From assembly GCA_963752475.1 (NCBI GenBank), contig CAVVYR010000029.1:128001-192000 (forward strand): DNA of 64,000 bases. Direction: 5' to 3'. The translations under genes and the position numbers were made by a program. Position 1 is the first letter of the stretch. Each line of letters opens with the position of its first letter. The notes under the pieces were generated by a model. The model did not search any database, was not told where the DNA came from, and worked only from the letters and a program-made list of their open reading frames with translations. The DNA comes from an uncultured Chloroflexia bacterium (lineage in GTDB: Bacteria; Chloroflexota; Limnocylindria; Limnocylindrales; CSP1-4). Of the stretch, positions 48,536-59,417 are shown in pieces.

Positions 48536-51337
48536 TCAGGAAGAGGACGCCTTCCCCGCCTCGACCACATCGTCCTTGGGGACCTCGTCGACAGGGATCT
48601 TCCAGATGACCTTGCGCACCTCCGCTACCACCAGCAACGAGAGGCCGATGAGCACGCATACGACCCACTGCTCGAAGTCCAGGGGAACCGTGCCCAGGAG
48701 TCGCTGGAGGATACCCAGCTCGGTCATGGCCACGGTGATGAGGACGCTGATGAGCGTCGCGATGACGAAGCTGCGATCAGCCAGCACCTCGAGACTCAGC
48801 GAACTGCGGTCCTCGGCCTTGGTGCCGATGGAGATGGCGATGTTGAAGATCGCGAAGGCCACCAGGCCCATCGTGCGACCGACGTCCTCGTTGAGGGTCC
48901 CCGAGCCCCACTCACCGAGCTCGCCGCTGCCCAGCTGGATGGCCAGCAGGGTGCCGGCCCCGATGTAGACGCCCGCGATAGCCAGCCAGGCCAGCATCAT
49001 CGGCCCCAGGATGGGCACACCCGACGGCCGCGGCGTACGTTCCATCAGGCCCGGGGTGGCCTTGCCGAAGCCGAGACCGAAGGCCTGAGCCGCCTGCACG
49101 CTGAAGTTGATGAAGATCGTCTGCGCGGGCAGGAACGGTAGCCCGCCCGCGATCCAGAAGATGCTCGAGCCCAGGAACGTGGCGATGAACCCGAAGAGGC
49201 CGGCCATCTGGAAGCGGATGTAGCGCTGCAGGTTGTCATAGATGCTGCGACCCAGGCGCACCGCCCGCACGATGGTGCTGAAGTCGTCATCGGTGAGGAT
49301 CATCACCGCGGCCTCCTTGGAGACCTCCGTGCCGGTGATGCCCATGGCCACGCCGATGTCGGCCTGCTTGAGTGCGGGCGCGTCGTTGACGCCGTCACCG
49401 GTCATGGCCACGATGCGCTTCTCGCGCTGCAGCAGCTGCACCAGGCGGACCTTGTCCTCCGGGGTGACCCTGGCGATGATGCCGATGTCGTCCATCTCGC
49501 GGGTCGCCTGATCGTCTGACATGGCCCGGAAGTCGGCGCCGCTGATGGCGCGACCGGTGATGCCCAGCTCGCGGCCGATGGCCTCGGCGGTGACGACGTG
49601 GTCGCCGGTGATCATGCGCACCTGGATGCCGGCACGGTGGGCGGTCGCGATGGAGTCCTTCACGGTCGGGCGCGGGGGGTCCACGATGCCCACCAGGGCC
49701 ATCAGCGTCAGCCCCTCGATCTGTGCGAGCAGATCGCCGCCGGCATCGAAGTCCGCCGCGGGCAGGTCCTTGCGCGCGGTCGCCAACACCCGCAGGCCCT
49801 TCGAGGCCAGACGGTCGTTCTCAGCCATGTACCGCTGACGGACATCGTCGCTGATCTTGACCGGGTCATGGTCGCGGGAATAGAGCTCGGAGGCGCGATC
49901 GAGGAGCTGGTCCGGAGCGCCCTTGATGTAGGCGCGTACGAACTCCTTGCCTTTCTCATCGGTCCAGCGATGGAAGGTGGCCATCAGCTTGTAGGCCGCA
50001 TCGAAGGGCAAGGTGGCCAAGCGCGGATACCGCTCCCGCGTAACCTCGGTGCCGACGCCGCCCTTCCCGGCGAGGACGACCAGTGCGCCCTCGGTGGGAT
50101 CGCCGACGAGCTCGCCGTTGCGAGCGACCGCGTCCGAAGCCAGCACCATCGGCAGCAGGAATTGCTCGAGGTTCTCGTCGTCGAGATCTCCGCCCTCGCG
50201 CATGATCTTGCCGCTGATGCCGTAGCCCGTACCACTGATCTCGTAGCGGCGGCCGACCGTGGCCATCTCGACCGCGGTCATCTGGTTCAAGGTCAGGGTG
50301 CCGGTCTTGTCGGAGTTGATGGCCGAGGTCGAACCCAACGTCTCCACCGAGCGCAGGTTCTTCACGATGGCACCAGCCTCGGCGAGCGTCCTGGTGCCCA
50401 TCGAGAGGATGGTCGTGACCACCGCCGGCAGACCGGTCGGGATGGCCGCCACGGCGAAAGCGATGGCGGACACGAAGAGCACGTCGAAGGCCTCGCCGCG
50501 CATGAGGCCGAGCAGCATCGAGGCGATGAGCGCAGCGCCGGCGATGGCGATGAGCTGCCGGGTCAGCTTCTCCAGCTGCTGCGTGAGCGGGGTCGTCGTC
50601 GTTTCAGCGCTCGAGAGCAGGTCGGAGATGTGGCCGACCTCGGTCGCCATGCCCGTGGCCGTGACCACGAAGGTGGCTGAGCCGCGCGTCGCGCTGGTGT
50701 TCATGAAGACCATGTCGATGCGGTCGCCCAGCGTCGTTTCCGGATCGGTCAGTGCGGCCACGTCCTTTGCGACCGGCAGAGACTCACCGGTCAGCGGTGC
50801 CTCGTCGACCTCCAGCGTGGCCGCCGTGATGAGGCGGCCATCGGCGGGGATGAGGTCACCGGCCTCGATCGAGACGACATCGCCGGGCACCAGGTCCTCC
50901 GCTGGCACCTCCACCAGGTCACCATCACGCAGCACGCGCGCCTTGACGATCATCATCTCCTGGAGGGCCGCCACGGCGGCGGCGGCCTTGCCCTCCTGAG
51001 CCATGCCCATGGCCGCATTGAGCACCGTCAGCCCGATGAGCATGATGCCCGTCGAGTACTGCTCGACGGGCCAGATGCTGACGATGCCGGCCACCAGCAG
51101 CACGACCTGCATGAGGTCCTTGTACTGGCGCACGAAGACCTGCCAGCGGGGCTCCTTCTCGCCCTCGGCGAACTTGTTGGGCCCGTGCTGCGCCCGTCTC
51201 GAAGTGACCTCGGTGGCACTCAGTCCGACCTTGGCATCGACGTCGGCCTGGTCCAGGGCTTCCTGCGGAGTCAGCTGGAATGCGGCTCGTCCATCAGAGC
51301 CCGAGGTCTGCGTCAAGGTGTCACTCTCCACGATCAT
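48536..51337 (-). CDS. Cation-transporting P-type ATPase (P2A, Ca2+-like)
   Basis: LTGES, AIPTGLP, DKTGTLT, KGAPD, ITGD, TGDGVNDAPAL. Confidence 0.95.
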   Translation of the reverse strand: MIVESDTLTQTSGSDGRAAFQLTPQEALDQADVDAKVGLSATEVTSRRAQHGPNKFAEGEKEPRWQVFVRQYKDLMQVVLLVAGIVSIWPVEQYSTGIMLIGLTVLNAAMGMAQEGKAAAAVAALQEMMIVKARVLRDGDLVEVPAEDLVPGDVVSIEAGDLIPADGRLITAATLEVDEAPLTGESLPVAKDVAALTDPETTLGDRIDMVFMNTSATRGSATFVVTATGMATEVGHISDLLSSAETTTTPLTQQLEKLTRQLIAIAGAALIASMLLGLMRGEAFDVLFVSAIAFAVAAIPTGLPAVVTTILSMGTRTLAEAGAIVKNLRSVETLGSTSAINSDKTGTLTLNQMTAVEMATVGRRYEISGTGYGISGKIMREGGDLDDENLEQFLLPMVLASDAVARNGELVGDPTEGALVVLAGKGGVGTEVTRERYPRLATLPFDAAYKLMATFHRWTDEKGKEFVRAYIKGAPDQLLDRASELYSRDHDPVKISDDVRQRYMAENDRLASKGLRVLATARKDLPAADFDAGGDLLAQIEGLTLMALVGIVDPPRPTVKDSIATAHRAGIQVRMITGDHVVTAEAIGRELGITGRAISGADFRAMSDDQATREMDDIGIIARVTPEDKVRLVQLLQREKRIVAMTGDGVNDAPALKQADIGVAMGITGTEVSKEAAVMILTDDDFSTIVRAVRLGRSIYDNLQRYIRFQMAGLFGFIATFLGSSIFWIAGGLPFLPAQTIFINFSVQAAQAFGLGFGKATPGLMERTPRPSGVPILGPMMLAWLAIAGVYIGAGTLLAIQLGSGELGEWGSGTLNEDVGRTMGLVAFAIFNIAISIGTKAEDRSSLSLEVLADRSFVIATLISVLITVAMTELGILQRLLGTVPLDFEQWVVCVLIGLSLLVVAEVRKVIWKIPVDEVPKDDVVEAGKASSS

Positions 51338-51403
51338 GTCGGATGTCCGACCTTCCGCGCCGATGGCGGATGTGCAGCGATGGTACCTGAGGGTAGTGCT
51401 ACC

Positions 51404-52351
51404 TCAATCACCGGACACGAGCGTCGGAAGCTCGTCGAGCCAGGCCTCACCTGCCAACTCGCGCGCGATGACGATGCCCTCGCGCAGGCTCGCGTCGGAG
51501 GCTTCGAGCGACGAGAGGTTATAGCAATCGAGCGCGGCCTCGATGAGGCTGGCCCCCGCGGCCATCTGGAGCACGCGCCGTTCCCGCAGGCCAAAGGCCT
51601 GCACGAGCTGAGCCGATGGGGTGGCCTTCACGATCTCGATGGCACGGGCGGTGCGGTCGGTGTCGATGAGGCCGGGATCGGGCGCATCTTCGTCGCCCTC
51701 GTCGGTGGTCAGCTTGATGAGGTTCGTGCCCGAACCGCCCACGACGATGCCTCGCTTGGGGTGGCCGGTGGGCAGGCTGCTGAAGAGATGGTGCGACTCG
51801 GCGCGCAGCTCGAGTACCTCAGCCTCGGTCGGCGGGTCGTCCTCCACGTGCTGCGCGGTCAGGCGCGCCGAGCCCACGGGAACGACGCCGATGACCGGAT
51901 CGGCGCCGGGCTCCAGGAGCACGACCTCCGACGAGCCTCCGCCGATGTCGATGACCATCGTCGCCTCCGTCGCCGGCTCACCCTCGAGCACGCCGACGAC
52001 CGTGAGGAGGGCCTCTTCCTCGTGACTCAGGATGTGCAGTTCGAGGCCGGTAGCGGCCAGCACGGCCTTCTTCGCGGCGGTCCGGTTGGAGGCTCGACGC
52101 AGGGGCTCGGTGGCCACCAGCGTGATCGATTCCGCTCCGGCCTCGTTGGCCTCGTTCACGTAGCGGGTGAGGACGTCGGTCATGGCCGCGAGGCCATGGT
52201 CCGGGATGAACCCCTCCATGTCGACCATGGCCCACAGGCCCAGGAGCTCCGACTCGTCGCGCAGCACCTCGCCCTCGATCTCAGCCAGGAGCAGGTGGAT
52301 GCTGTTGCTGCCGACATCGATGGCGGCTGTGATCCGGACCTCGTCTGCCAT
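51404..52351 (-). CDS. ppx: Ppx/GppA exopolyphosphatase (short form)
   Basis: AIDVGSNSIHL, ATEPLR, SHEEEA, DIGGGSSE, LREG. Confidence 0.88.
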   Translation of the reverse strand: MADEVRITAAIDVGSNSIHLLLAEIEGEVLRDESELLGLWAMVDMEGFIPDHGLAAMTDVLTRYVNEANEAGAESITLVATEPLRRASNRTAAKKAVLAATGLELHILSHEEEALLTVVGVLEGEPATEATMVIDIGGGSSEVVLLEPGADPVIGVVPVGSARLTAQHVEDDPPTEAEVLELRAESHHLFSSLPTGHPKRGIVVGGSGTNLIKLTTDEGDEDAPDPGLIDTDRTARAIEIVKATPSAQLVQAFGLRERRVLQMAAGASLIEAALDCYNLSSLEASDASLREGIVIARELAGEAWLDELPTLVSGD

Positions 52352-52366
52352 GTCGAGTACCCCGCG

Positions 52367-54520
52367 CTACGTACGAGGAAGGGTACGCGCTCCGTCGACG
52401 AGGTAGTGGACGAACCAGTCGCTGATGCGCTCGATGTTCTCGATGCGCCGGAAGGGCGTCCCGCTGCGCGTCAGCTCGTGGGTCTCACCGGGCACGCGCA
52501 TCAGCCGCACCGGCCGCTTGAGCGAACGCAGCACGCTGAAGAGCTGCTCGGCCTGGGTGATGGGACAGCGGATGTCCTGCTCGGCGTGCTGGATGAGCAG
52601 CGGCGTGTCGATGGCGTCGGCGTACGTCAACGGGCTCATCTCGCGGTAGAGCTCCGGATGCGTCCACGGCTGTGCGTCAAGCTCGTGGTGCCCGAAGAGG
52701 GGGCCGCCGAGATCGCCGCTGGTCATCTCGACCGAAAGGTCGTAGACGCCGCGGCAGGCCACGGCCGCCTTGTAGCGATCGCTGTGAGCGACCATCCAGG
52801 CGGTCAGGTAGCCACCGTACGAACCGCCGGTGACACCGATGCGCTCGGGGTCGACCTTGCCGGCCTTGTTCAGCTTGTCGAGGCCGGCCTCGATGTCGGC
52901 CTGAGGGCCGGGGCCCCAGTCGCGGAAGTTGGCCTTGGCGAACGCCTGACCGTAGCCGGTCGAGCCGCGCGGATTGCAGGCGAAGACGCTGATGCCCTGG
53001 CCGACCATGACCTGCCACTCCCAGAAGAGGCTGAAGCCGTAGAGCGTGGCCGGGCCGCCGTGGATCTCGACGACCGTGGGGGCCGGCACCCCGCGCTTGG
53101 CGGGCGCCTCATAGAACCAGCCCTGGACCTTACGCCCGTCGACCTTGGTCCAGATCACCTGTGGGGCCACGAGCTCGATGCCGGCCCAGGCCTCACCCAT
53201 GAGGTCGGTGAGCCCCCGCATACCCCGGGGCTTGACCGGCGTTGCCGGCTTCTTCCTGGAGGCCGGCACGTCGAAGGCCACGACATCGGCGGGGGCGGTG
53301 GCCGTGCCCCGGACCGCGGCGGCCACGAGGCCCTTGCCAGAGACCCCGATGCTCGGGCGCACGAGGTGGTGCTGGCCCTTGGTCAGCCGCTCCACGCGGG
53401 CGTCAGCGAGGCGCACGCGCCAGAGCTCGAACGAGCCGTCGATGGGCGCGTTGAAGTAGATGTCAGCGCCATCGGGCGACCACTGTGCGCCGGCCGGCGG
53501 GGTGCCGAAGATGTCGCTGCCCATCATGGCGTCGACGAAGAGATCGGCCTCGGCCGTGAGGTTGCGCCCCTGCTGCTCGGCCCGCGCCCGGAAGACGTGG
53601 ACGTCACCGCGGGTGGGGTTGCCGGACTCGAGTCGGTGGCCGACGGCCGCGATGAGCTTGCCGTCGGGGCTCCAGGCCGGCGCCTCGAAGGCCCGCTCCT
53701 CGCCGGCGCTCACGAGCACCGGCTTGCCGCCCGCAGCATCGACCATGTAGATACCGGTGCGCCAGTTGAGGTCGGGGTCGGTACCGCGGTCCGAGGCGAA
53801 GGCGATGCGCTTGCTGTCGGGGCTCCAGGCCGGCTGGACGTCGCGGCTGCGACCCGAGGTCAGGCGGCGCGCGCCGCCATCGGCCACGTCCACGACCCAG
53901 AGATTGGACCTCTGCTCGTAGATGAAGCCGGCGCCGTTGAGCTGGTAGTTCAACTCGTCGATGAGGCGAGCATCGCGGCGCGGAATCTCGGCATCCTCGG
54001 GCTTGGGCGTGGAGCGTTTGGCCGAGGTGGCCGAGGAGACGGCACACAGCTGCGCGCTGTCGGGGCTCCAGCTGAGGTCGGTGACATCCTCGGGCAGATC
54101 GGTCAGGAGCTGGGCCTCGCCACCAGCCATGGGCAGGAGCCAGACCTGCAGCAGGCCGTGCGGCAGGTCGCGCCCGACGATGTCCTTGAGGCCCGTCGCC
54201 GGCGCCGAGGCCAGCTTCAGATCGGCCTTGTCGCGAGCGGCACCGCCGGCGCGCAGCACGGCACCCCGGTCGCTGAGGAAGGCGAGGTGCCGCCCATCGG
54301 GGCTCCAGTGCGGGGCACTATCGTGGTTCGCACCCAGGGTCAGGCGGCGCGCGGGCTCCGAGCCATCCACCGGCACCAGCCAGAGCGAGGTGCGGTAGCC
54401 GGCGAGGTCAGGCGCGTTCTCCTTGACCACGAAACAGGCGAAGCGCCCGTCGGGAGACAGGCGCACATCGGTCGGGACCCGCAGCGAGGCGAGGTCCTGG
54501 GGGGTCGGCTTCTTCGGCAT
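52367..54520 (-). CDS. S9 family peptidase (acylaminoacyl-peptidase-like; beta-propeller plus alpha/beta hydrolase)
   Basis: WSPDG repeats, IHGGP, NPRGSTGYG, GGSYGG, QDIRC, ETHEL. Confidence 0.93.
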   Translation of the reverse strand: MPKKPTPQDLASLRVPTDVRLSPDGRFACFVVKENAPDLAGYRTSLWLVPVDGSEPARRLTLGANHDSAPHWSPDGRHLAFLSDRGAVLRAGGAARDKADLKLASAPATGLKDIVGRDLPHGLLQVWLLPMAGGEAQLLTDLPEDVTDLSWSPDSAQLCAVSSATSAKRSTPKPEDAEIPRRDARLIDELNYQLNGAGFIYEQRSNLWVVDVADGGARRLTSGRSRDVQPAWSPDSKRIAFASDRGTDPDLNWRTGIYMVDAAGGKPVLVSAGEERAFEAPAWSPDGKLIAAVGHRLESGNPTRGDVHVFRARAEQQGRNLTAEADLFVDAMMGSDIFGTPPAGAQWSPDGADIYFNAPIDGSFELWRVRLADARVERLTKGQHHLVRPSIGVSGKGLVAAAVRGTATAPADVVAFDVPASRKKPATPVKPRGMRGLTDLMGEAWAGIELVAPQVIWTKVDGRKVQGWFYEAPAKRGVPAPTVVEIHGGPATLYGFSLFWEWQVMVGQGISVFACNPRGSTGYGQAFAKANFRDWGPGPQADIEAGLDKLNKAGKVDPERIGVTGGSYGGYLTAWMVAHSDRYKAAVACRGVYDLSVEMTSGDLGGPLFGHHELDAQPWTHPELYREMSPLTYADAIDTPLLIQHAEQDIRCPITQAEQLFSVLRSLKRPVRLMRVPGETHELTRSGTPFRRIENIERISDWFVHYLVDGARTLPRT

Positions 54521-54560
54521 GATCTCGAGTCTAGCCCCGCACCGAGACAAGCATCGGGCT

Positions 54561-55790
54561 CTAGTCGAAGGCCGGCTCGCGCCAGACCGGGCAGGTCATG
54601 CAGTGGCCGCCACCACGACCGCGGCCCAGCTCGGAGCCGTTGATCTCCATCACGGCCACGCCCGCTCGGCGCAGGCGCGTGTTGGTCCACTCGTTGCGGT
54701 CGTAGGCCACGACCACGCCGGGCTCCAGGGCCACGACGTTGTTGCCGTCATCCCACTGCTCGCGCTCCTGCTGGAAGGCGTCACCGCCGGTGGGGATGGT
54801 GCGTAGCTCCTTGAGCCCGAGGGCCTCACGCACGGTCTCGATCCAGTCGTGCTTCTCGACGGTGACCTCGAGGTCGTGCTCGCCGGGCCGGTAGCTGATG
54901 GGCTGGATGGCCTCGACGGCCGGCTCGTAGACGGTCACGAGGTCGCGATCGCAGAAGCTGAAGATGGTGTCGAGGTGCATCGACGCGCGATCGGCCGGCA
55001 TCTTGGCGGCGATGACCCGCTCGGCCGCGCCGGCCTGGAACAGGCGCAGCGCCAGCTGGCTCACGGCCTGGTAGGTGGTGCGCTCGCCCATGCCCACCAG
55101 CACGACGCCCCCGCCCACGGGCATGATGTCGCCGCCCTCGATGGTGGCGCTTCCGTGATGCCTGTCGTCGGGGTCACCCCACCAGATCTCGAAGTCGCCA
55201 TCGCGGAACGCGGGATGGAACTTGTAGATGGCCGCGAGGTGCAGCGACTCCGCCCGTCGCGCCGGCCAGAACATGGGGTTGATGCTGACGCCGCCGTAGA
55301 TCCAGGCCGAGCTGTCGCGCGCAAAAAGCTGGTTGGGCAATGGCGCGATGACGAAGTCCGAGGGCGAGTAGGCCTGCTGCACCCAGGTCCGGAAGTCGTC
55401 CGGCAGCTCGCTCACGGCCACACCGCCGATGAGGTGGCTGACCAGCTCCTTCGACTCCATCTCGTCCATCCAGGCACGCAGCTCCGTGAGGCCACGCACG
55501 CCGACCTCGTCGGGGATGAGCTTGCGGTCGAGGACGTAGGCCCGGCCCGCGGCATCGTCGACCACGTCCTTGAGCAGCTCGTGGATGCGGTAGACGGTGA
55601 TCCCGAACTCCTCGCGCATGAGGTCCACGAAGCCGTCGTGATGCGAGCGCGCCTTGCGCGCCCAGATGACGTCGTCGAAGAGGAGCTCTGCCGCGTTGGT
55701 CGGCGTCAGCCGTCGCATCTCCAGGCCGGGCCGGTGGACGATGACCTTGCGTAGCTTCCCGACCTCGGAGTACGCACCGAACTCCGACAT
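54561..55790 (-). CDS. arcA: Arginine deiminase
   Basis: [49 protein letters not shown]. Confidence 0.96.
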   Translation of the reverse strand: MSEFGAYSEVGKLRKVIVHRPGLEMRRLTPTNAAELLFDDVIWARKARSHHDGFVDLMREEFGITVYRIHELLKDVVDDAAGRAYVLDRKLIPDEVGVRGLTELRAWMDEMESKELVSHLIGGVAVSELPDDFRTWVQQAYSPSDFVIAPLPNQLFARDSSAWIYGGVSINPMFWPARRAESLHLAAIYKFHPAFRDGDFEIWWGDPDDRHHGSATIEGGDIMPVGGGVVLVGMGERTTYQAVSQLALRLFQAGAAERVIAAKMPADRASMHLDTIFSFCDRDLVTVYEPAVEAIQPISYRPGEHDLEVTVEKHDWIETVREALGLKELRTIPTGGDAFQQEREQWDDGNNVVALEPGVVVAYDRNEWTNTRLRRAGVAVMEINGSELGRGRGGGHCMTCPVWREPAFD

Positions 55791-55813
55791 GGGCTCCTCC
55801 TCGTCGTTCGGGC

Positions 55814-56818
55814 CTAGGCGCCCAGCGTCGCAACCATCACGGCCTTGATCGTGTGCATCCGGTTCTCGGCCTGGTCGAAGACGATGCTCGCGGGCGACTC
55901 GAAGACGTCGTGGCTGACTTCGAGCCCGTCGGGCATGTTGGTGGCTTCCATGACCTCGCCGCCGACGGTGGTGCCGGCATCGTGGAAGGCCGGGAGGCAG
56001 TGCATGAACTTGACGTTGGCGTTGCCCGCTCGCTCCATCAGCGAGACGTTGACCTGATAGTCGCGCAGCAGCTGCACCCGCTGGTTCCAGACGTCCCTGG
56101 CCTCGCCCATCGAGACCCACACGTCGGTGTGGATGAAGTCGACACCAGCCACGCCCGCGTCGATATCGTCGGTGATGGTGATCTTGGCCCCGGTGTCGGC
56201 TGCGATGTCACGTGCGATGGCCACGACGTCATCGGGCGGGGCCAGCTGCGCGGGTCCCACCATGCGCACATCGCTGCCCATGAGCGCGCCCGTGACCAGC
56301 AGCGAACGACCCATGTTGAAGCGCTGGTCGCCGACGAAGGCGAACGAGAGCTCACCGTACTCCACCCCGCTGTGCTCGCCCATGGTCAGGAAGTCGGCCA
56401 GCATCTGCGTGGGGTGCCACTCGTCGGTGAGGCCGTTGTAGACAGGGACGTTGGAGAAGGCCGCCAGCGTTTCGACCGTCTCCTGGCTCTTGCCGCGGTA
56501 CTCCAGCGCGTCGTAGTAGCGGCCGAGCACGCGAGCCGTGTCCTCGGTCGACTCCTTGTGGCCCATCTGCGATCCGGAGGGGTCGAGGTACGTGACGTGC
56601 GCGCCCTGGTCGAAGGAGGCCACCTCGAAGGCGCAGCGCGTGCGCGTCGAGGTCTTCTCGAAGATGAGCCCGATGTTCTTGCCCGTCAGGCGCTGCTGCT
56701 CGGTGCCTGCGTACTTCGCCGTCTTCAGGTCGGCCGAGAGCTTGAGCAGGTAGCGCAGCTCAGCCGGGCTGAAGTCGATCTCCTTGACGAAGCTGCGGTT
56801 GCGCAGGTTGTAGGGCAC
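55814..56818 (-). CDS. arcB: Ornithine carbamoyltransferase (catabolic context)
   Basis: [39 protein letters not shown]. Confidence 0.94.
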   Translation of the reverse strand: MPYNLRNRSFVKEIDFSPAELRYLLKLSADLKTAKYAGTEQQRLTGKNIGLIFEKTSTRTRCAFEVASFDQGAHVTYLDPSGSQMGHKESTEDTARVLGRYYDALEYRGKSQETVETLAAFSNVPVYNGLTDEWHPTQMLADFLTMGEHSGVEYGELSFAFVGDQRFNMGRSLLVTGALMGSDVRMVGPAQLAPPDDVVAIARDIAADTGAKITITDDIDAGVAGVDFIHTDVWVSMGEARDVWNQRVQLLRDYQVNVSLMERAGNANVKFMHCLPAFHDAGTTVGGEVMEATNMPDGLEVSHDVFESPASIVFDQAENRMHTIKAVMVATLGA

Positions 56819-56868
56819 GAGGGGTCTCTCCTGTGGGTCGGGCGCGAGGGCGCGATCGGGGTTGTGGC

Positions 56869-57834
56869 CTAACGGTAGGTGATGCCGTCGAACTCGGTCG
56901 AGATGATGGTGCCGGCCCGGCCCTCGAGCATCTCGTCGATGTCGTCGAGCCCGCCGATGGCGGCGCGCTTGCCGGGGGTCTTGGTGGCGAATCCGGCTGC
57001 CGCCTGCACCTTGGGCAGCATCGAGCCCGCCGCGAAGTGCGAGGACAGTTCGAGGACCGCGTCCGGGTGCGCGGTGGCGATGGCCCGCTGCTCGGGCGTG
57101 GCCCAGCCGGTGTAGACGGCGTCGGCGTCGGTGGCCATGACGAAATAGTCGGCCTCGATGCCTGCGCTGAGGAGGGCCGAAGCGTGATCCTTGTCGATGA
57201 CGGCCTCGACGCCCACCAGCTGCTTCTCGGGACCGTAAGCCGTGGGGGCGGGGCGATCGACGTACATCACGGGGATGCCGCCGCCGCCGGCGCAGATGAC
57301 GATCGAGCCCTGCTCAAGGAGCCACCTGATCTGCCGCAGCTCGAAGATATGGATGGGCTTGGGCGAGGGCACCACGCGCCGCATGTAATCGCCGTCGGCC
57401 TTGAAGGTCCAGCCGCGCTGCTTGCCCATGGCGCTCGCGGATTCCTGGTCGTAGATGGGGCCGATGGGCTTGGTCGGATCCTTGAAGGCCGCGTCTTCGG
57501 GGTCGACCTCGATCATCGTCAGCAGCGTGGCCACCGGGCGCTCGTAGGGCACGAGGTTGCCCAGCTCCTGCTCGACGAGATAGCCGATCATGCCCTGGCT
57601 CTCGGCACCGAGGACGTCCAGCGGGTAGGACGGGACCTCCTTGTAGGCCGCGCTCTGCAGCGCCAAGAGGCCAACCTGTGGCCCGTTGCCGTGGGCCACC
57701 ACGAGCTCGCTCTTCTGGGCCACCGCGGCCAACTCCCGGCAGGCGGTCTGCACGTTCTCGCGCTGGTTCTCGGCGGTCATGGCCTGACCGCGACGCAACA
57801 GGGCGTTCCCGCCAAGGGCGACGACGACTCTCAT
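56869..57834 (-). CDS. arcC: Carbamate kinase
   Basis: [50 protein letters not shown]. Confidence 0.96.
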   Translation of the reverse strand: MRVVVALGGNALLRRGQAMTAENQRENVQTACRELAAVAQKSELVVAHGNGPQVGLLALQSAAYKEVPSYPLDVLGAESQGMIGYLVEQELGNLVPYERPVATLLTMIEVDPEDAAFKDPTKPIGPIYDQESASAMGKQRGWTFKADGDYMRRVVPSPKPIHIFELRQIRWLLEQGSIVICAGGGGIPVMYVDRPAPTAYGPEKQLVGVEAVIDKDHASALLSAGIEADYFVMATDADAVYTGWATPEQRAIATAHPDAVLELSSHFAAGSMLPKVQAAAGFATKTPGKRAAIGGLDDIDEMLEGRAGTIISTEFDGITYR

Positions 57835-58006
57835 GTTCCTTCCTCTCCGGCTGACACCAGCCGCTCCATCCTTGTAGGAGCGACATTGTGCCTCCGACGA
57901 GCAGGGGCCACATGGGCATGACGCGGCCACGTTCGGCCACCACGGATGATCCTGTCCGTGGGAACATCGGACCGGAGGGGCCGCCAGGACGACTCGGAGG
58001 ACCAGC

Positions 58007-58906
58007 GTGGGCAAGAAGAAGCAGAAGACGAAGACCGGAGCCGACAAGCGTACGACCGCCGCCAGCAGGGTCGGGCCGGGGATCGCGCGGCCGCCGTTCA
58101 CGCCGGGCACCGACACCCAGAAGATGTCGCGCAAGGACTACGAGGCCGAGCTGGCGAAGCTCGAGGTCGAGCTGGTCAAGCTGCAGCACTGGGTGGCCGA
58201 GAAGGGCCTCAAGGTCTGCGTCCTCTTCGAAGGACGCGACTCGGCCGGCAAGGGCGGGGTCATCAAGCGCATCACCTACCGCACGAGCCCGCGCGTCGTA
58301 CGCGTGGTGGCGCTCCAGAAGCCCACGGAAAAGGAAAGCGGCCAGTGGTACTTCCAGCGCTACGTGTCGCAGCTGCCCTCGCCCGGCGAGATCGTGCTCT
58401 TCGATCGCAGCTGGTACAACCGAGCCGGCGTGGAGAAGGTGATGGGCTTCTGCACGCAGGCCGAGTACGACGAGTTCATGGCTACGGTCAACGGCTTCGA
58501 GCAGGCCCTCGTGCGCTCGGGCACGATCCTCGTGAAGTACTGGCTGGACATCGCCGATGAGACGCAGGAAGAGCGGTTCAAGTCGCGCATCGACGACCCA
58601 CGCAAACGCTGGAAGCTCTCGCCCATGGACCTCGAGGCACGCAGGCGCTGGGTCGACTACTCCCGAGCCCGCGACGCCATGCTGGCCCACACCAGCAGCC
58701 AGCATGCGCCGTGGTACATCGTCGACGCCAATATCAAACGCCACGCCCGGCTCAACGTCATCTCCCACCTGCTCAGCCAGGTTCCCTACAAGGACCTCAC
58801 GCCCACGAAGCTGAAGCTGCCGCGGCGCCAGAAGGCCGGCGACTACCAGCTGCCGGATCCGTCGGACTTCCAGTTCGTGCCCTCGGTCTATCCCCAAGGC
58901 GACTAG
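58007..58906 (+). CDS. ppk2: Polyphosphate kinase 2 (class I-like)
   Basis: [41 protein letters not shown]. Confidence 0.95.
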   Translation: MGKKKQKTKTGADKRTTAASRVGPGIARPPFTPGTDTQKMSRKDYEAELAKLEVELVKLQHWVAEKGLKVCVLFEGRDSAGKGGVIKRITYRTSPRVVRVVALQKPTEKESGQWYFQRYVSQLPSPGEIVLFDRSWYNRAGVEKVMGFCTQAEYDEFMATVNGFEQALVRSGTILVKYWLDIADETQEERFKSRIDDPRKRWKLSPMDLEARRRWVDYSRARDAMLAHTSSQHAPWYIVDANIKRHARLNVISHLLSQVPYKDLTPTKLKLPRRQKAGDYQLPDPSDFQFVPSVYPQGD

Positions 58907-58934
58907 GCGGAGCGGCTGTGGCAGAGTCGAGTCC

Positions 58935-59336
58935 ATGACCACCGAATTCGGCGGCGACGCCATCAAGCCCACGAATATCCATGCCGACCGCCCGGCACGA
59001 CTCCTCACCATCGAGTGGGCCGACGGCCACCAGAGTGCCTTCGACCTGACCGTCCTGCGCTGGCTCTGTCCCTGCGCCTTCTGCCGCGGTGAGGCCGGCC
59101 AGCCCGGCTGGCTCGACTCGAACCCCACCTTGACCGAGGAGCAGCTCGAGCTGGCCGACATGTCGCTCACCGGCAACTACGCCCTGCAGCCGGTGTGGGC
59201 CGACGGGCATAGCAGCGGCTTCTACTCCTTCGAGCACCTGCGTCGCAACTGCCCCTGCCCCGAGGACACCGCTCGCCGCGAGGCCGAGGCTGCCGCCGAG
59301 GCCGCCGGAGGCGCACCCGAGCACACGCACGGCTAA
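58935..59336 (+). CDS. DUF971 / GBBH-like N-terminal domain protein
   Basis: IEWADGH, LRWLCPCAFCRG, GNYAL..WADGHSSGFYSF. Confidence 0.88.
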   Translation: MTTEFGGDAIKPTNIHADRPARLLTIEWADGHQSAFDLTVLRWLCPCAFCRGEAGQPGWLDSNPTLTEEQLELADMSLTGNYALQPVWADGHSSGFYSFEHLRRNCPCPEDTARREAEAAAEAAGGAPEHTHG

Positions 59337-59417
59337 GGCGGCTCGGCACCAGTCCGTGAGGTGGTCTTGACCATCGGGCCCTATCGGTCCGTATGGCGGC
59401 CCTGATAGCATCGACGG

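Noticed and set aside
51185-54643. 1152-aa + strand ORF, the longest in the track
   Set aside because: Antisense shadow of ppx and the S9 peptidase, which carry clear motifs. It has no recognisable motifs itself; stop-poor antisense frames are expected at this GC content.
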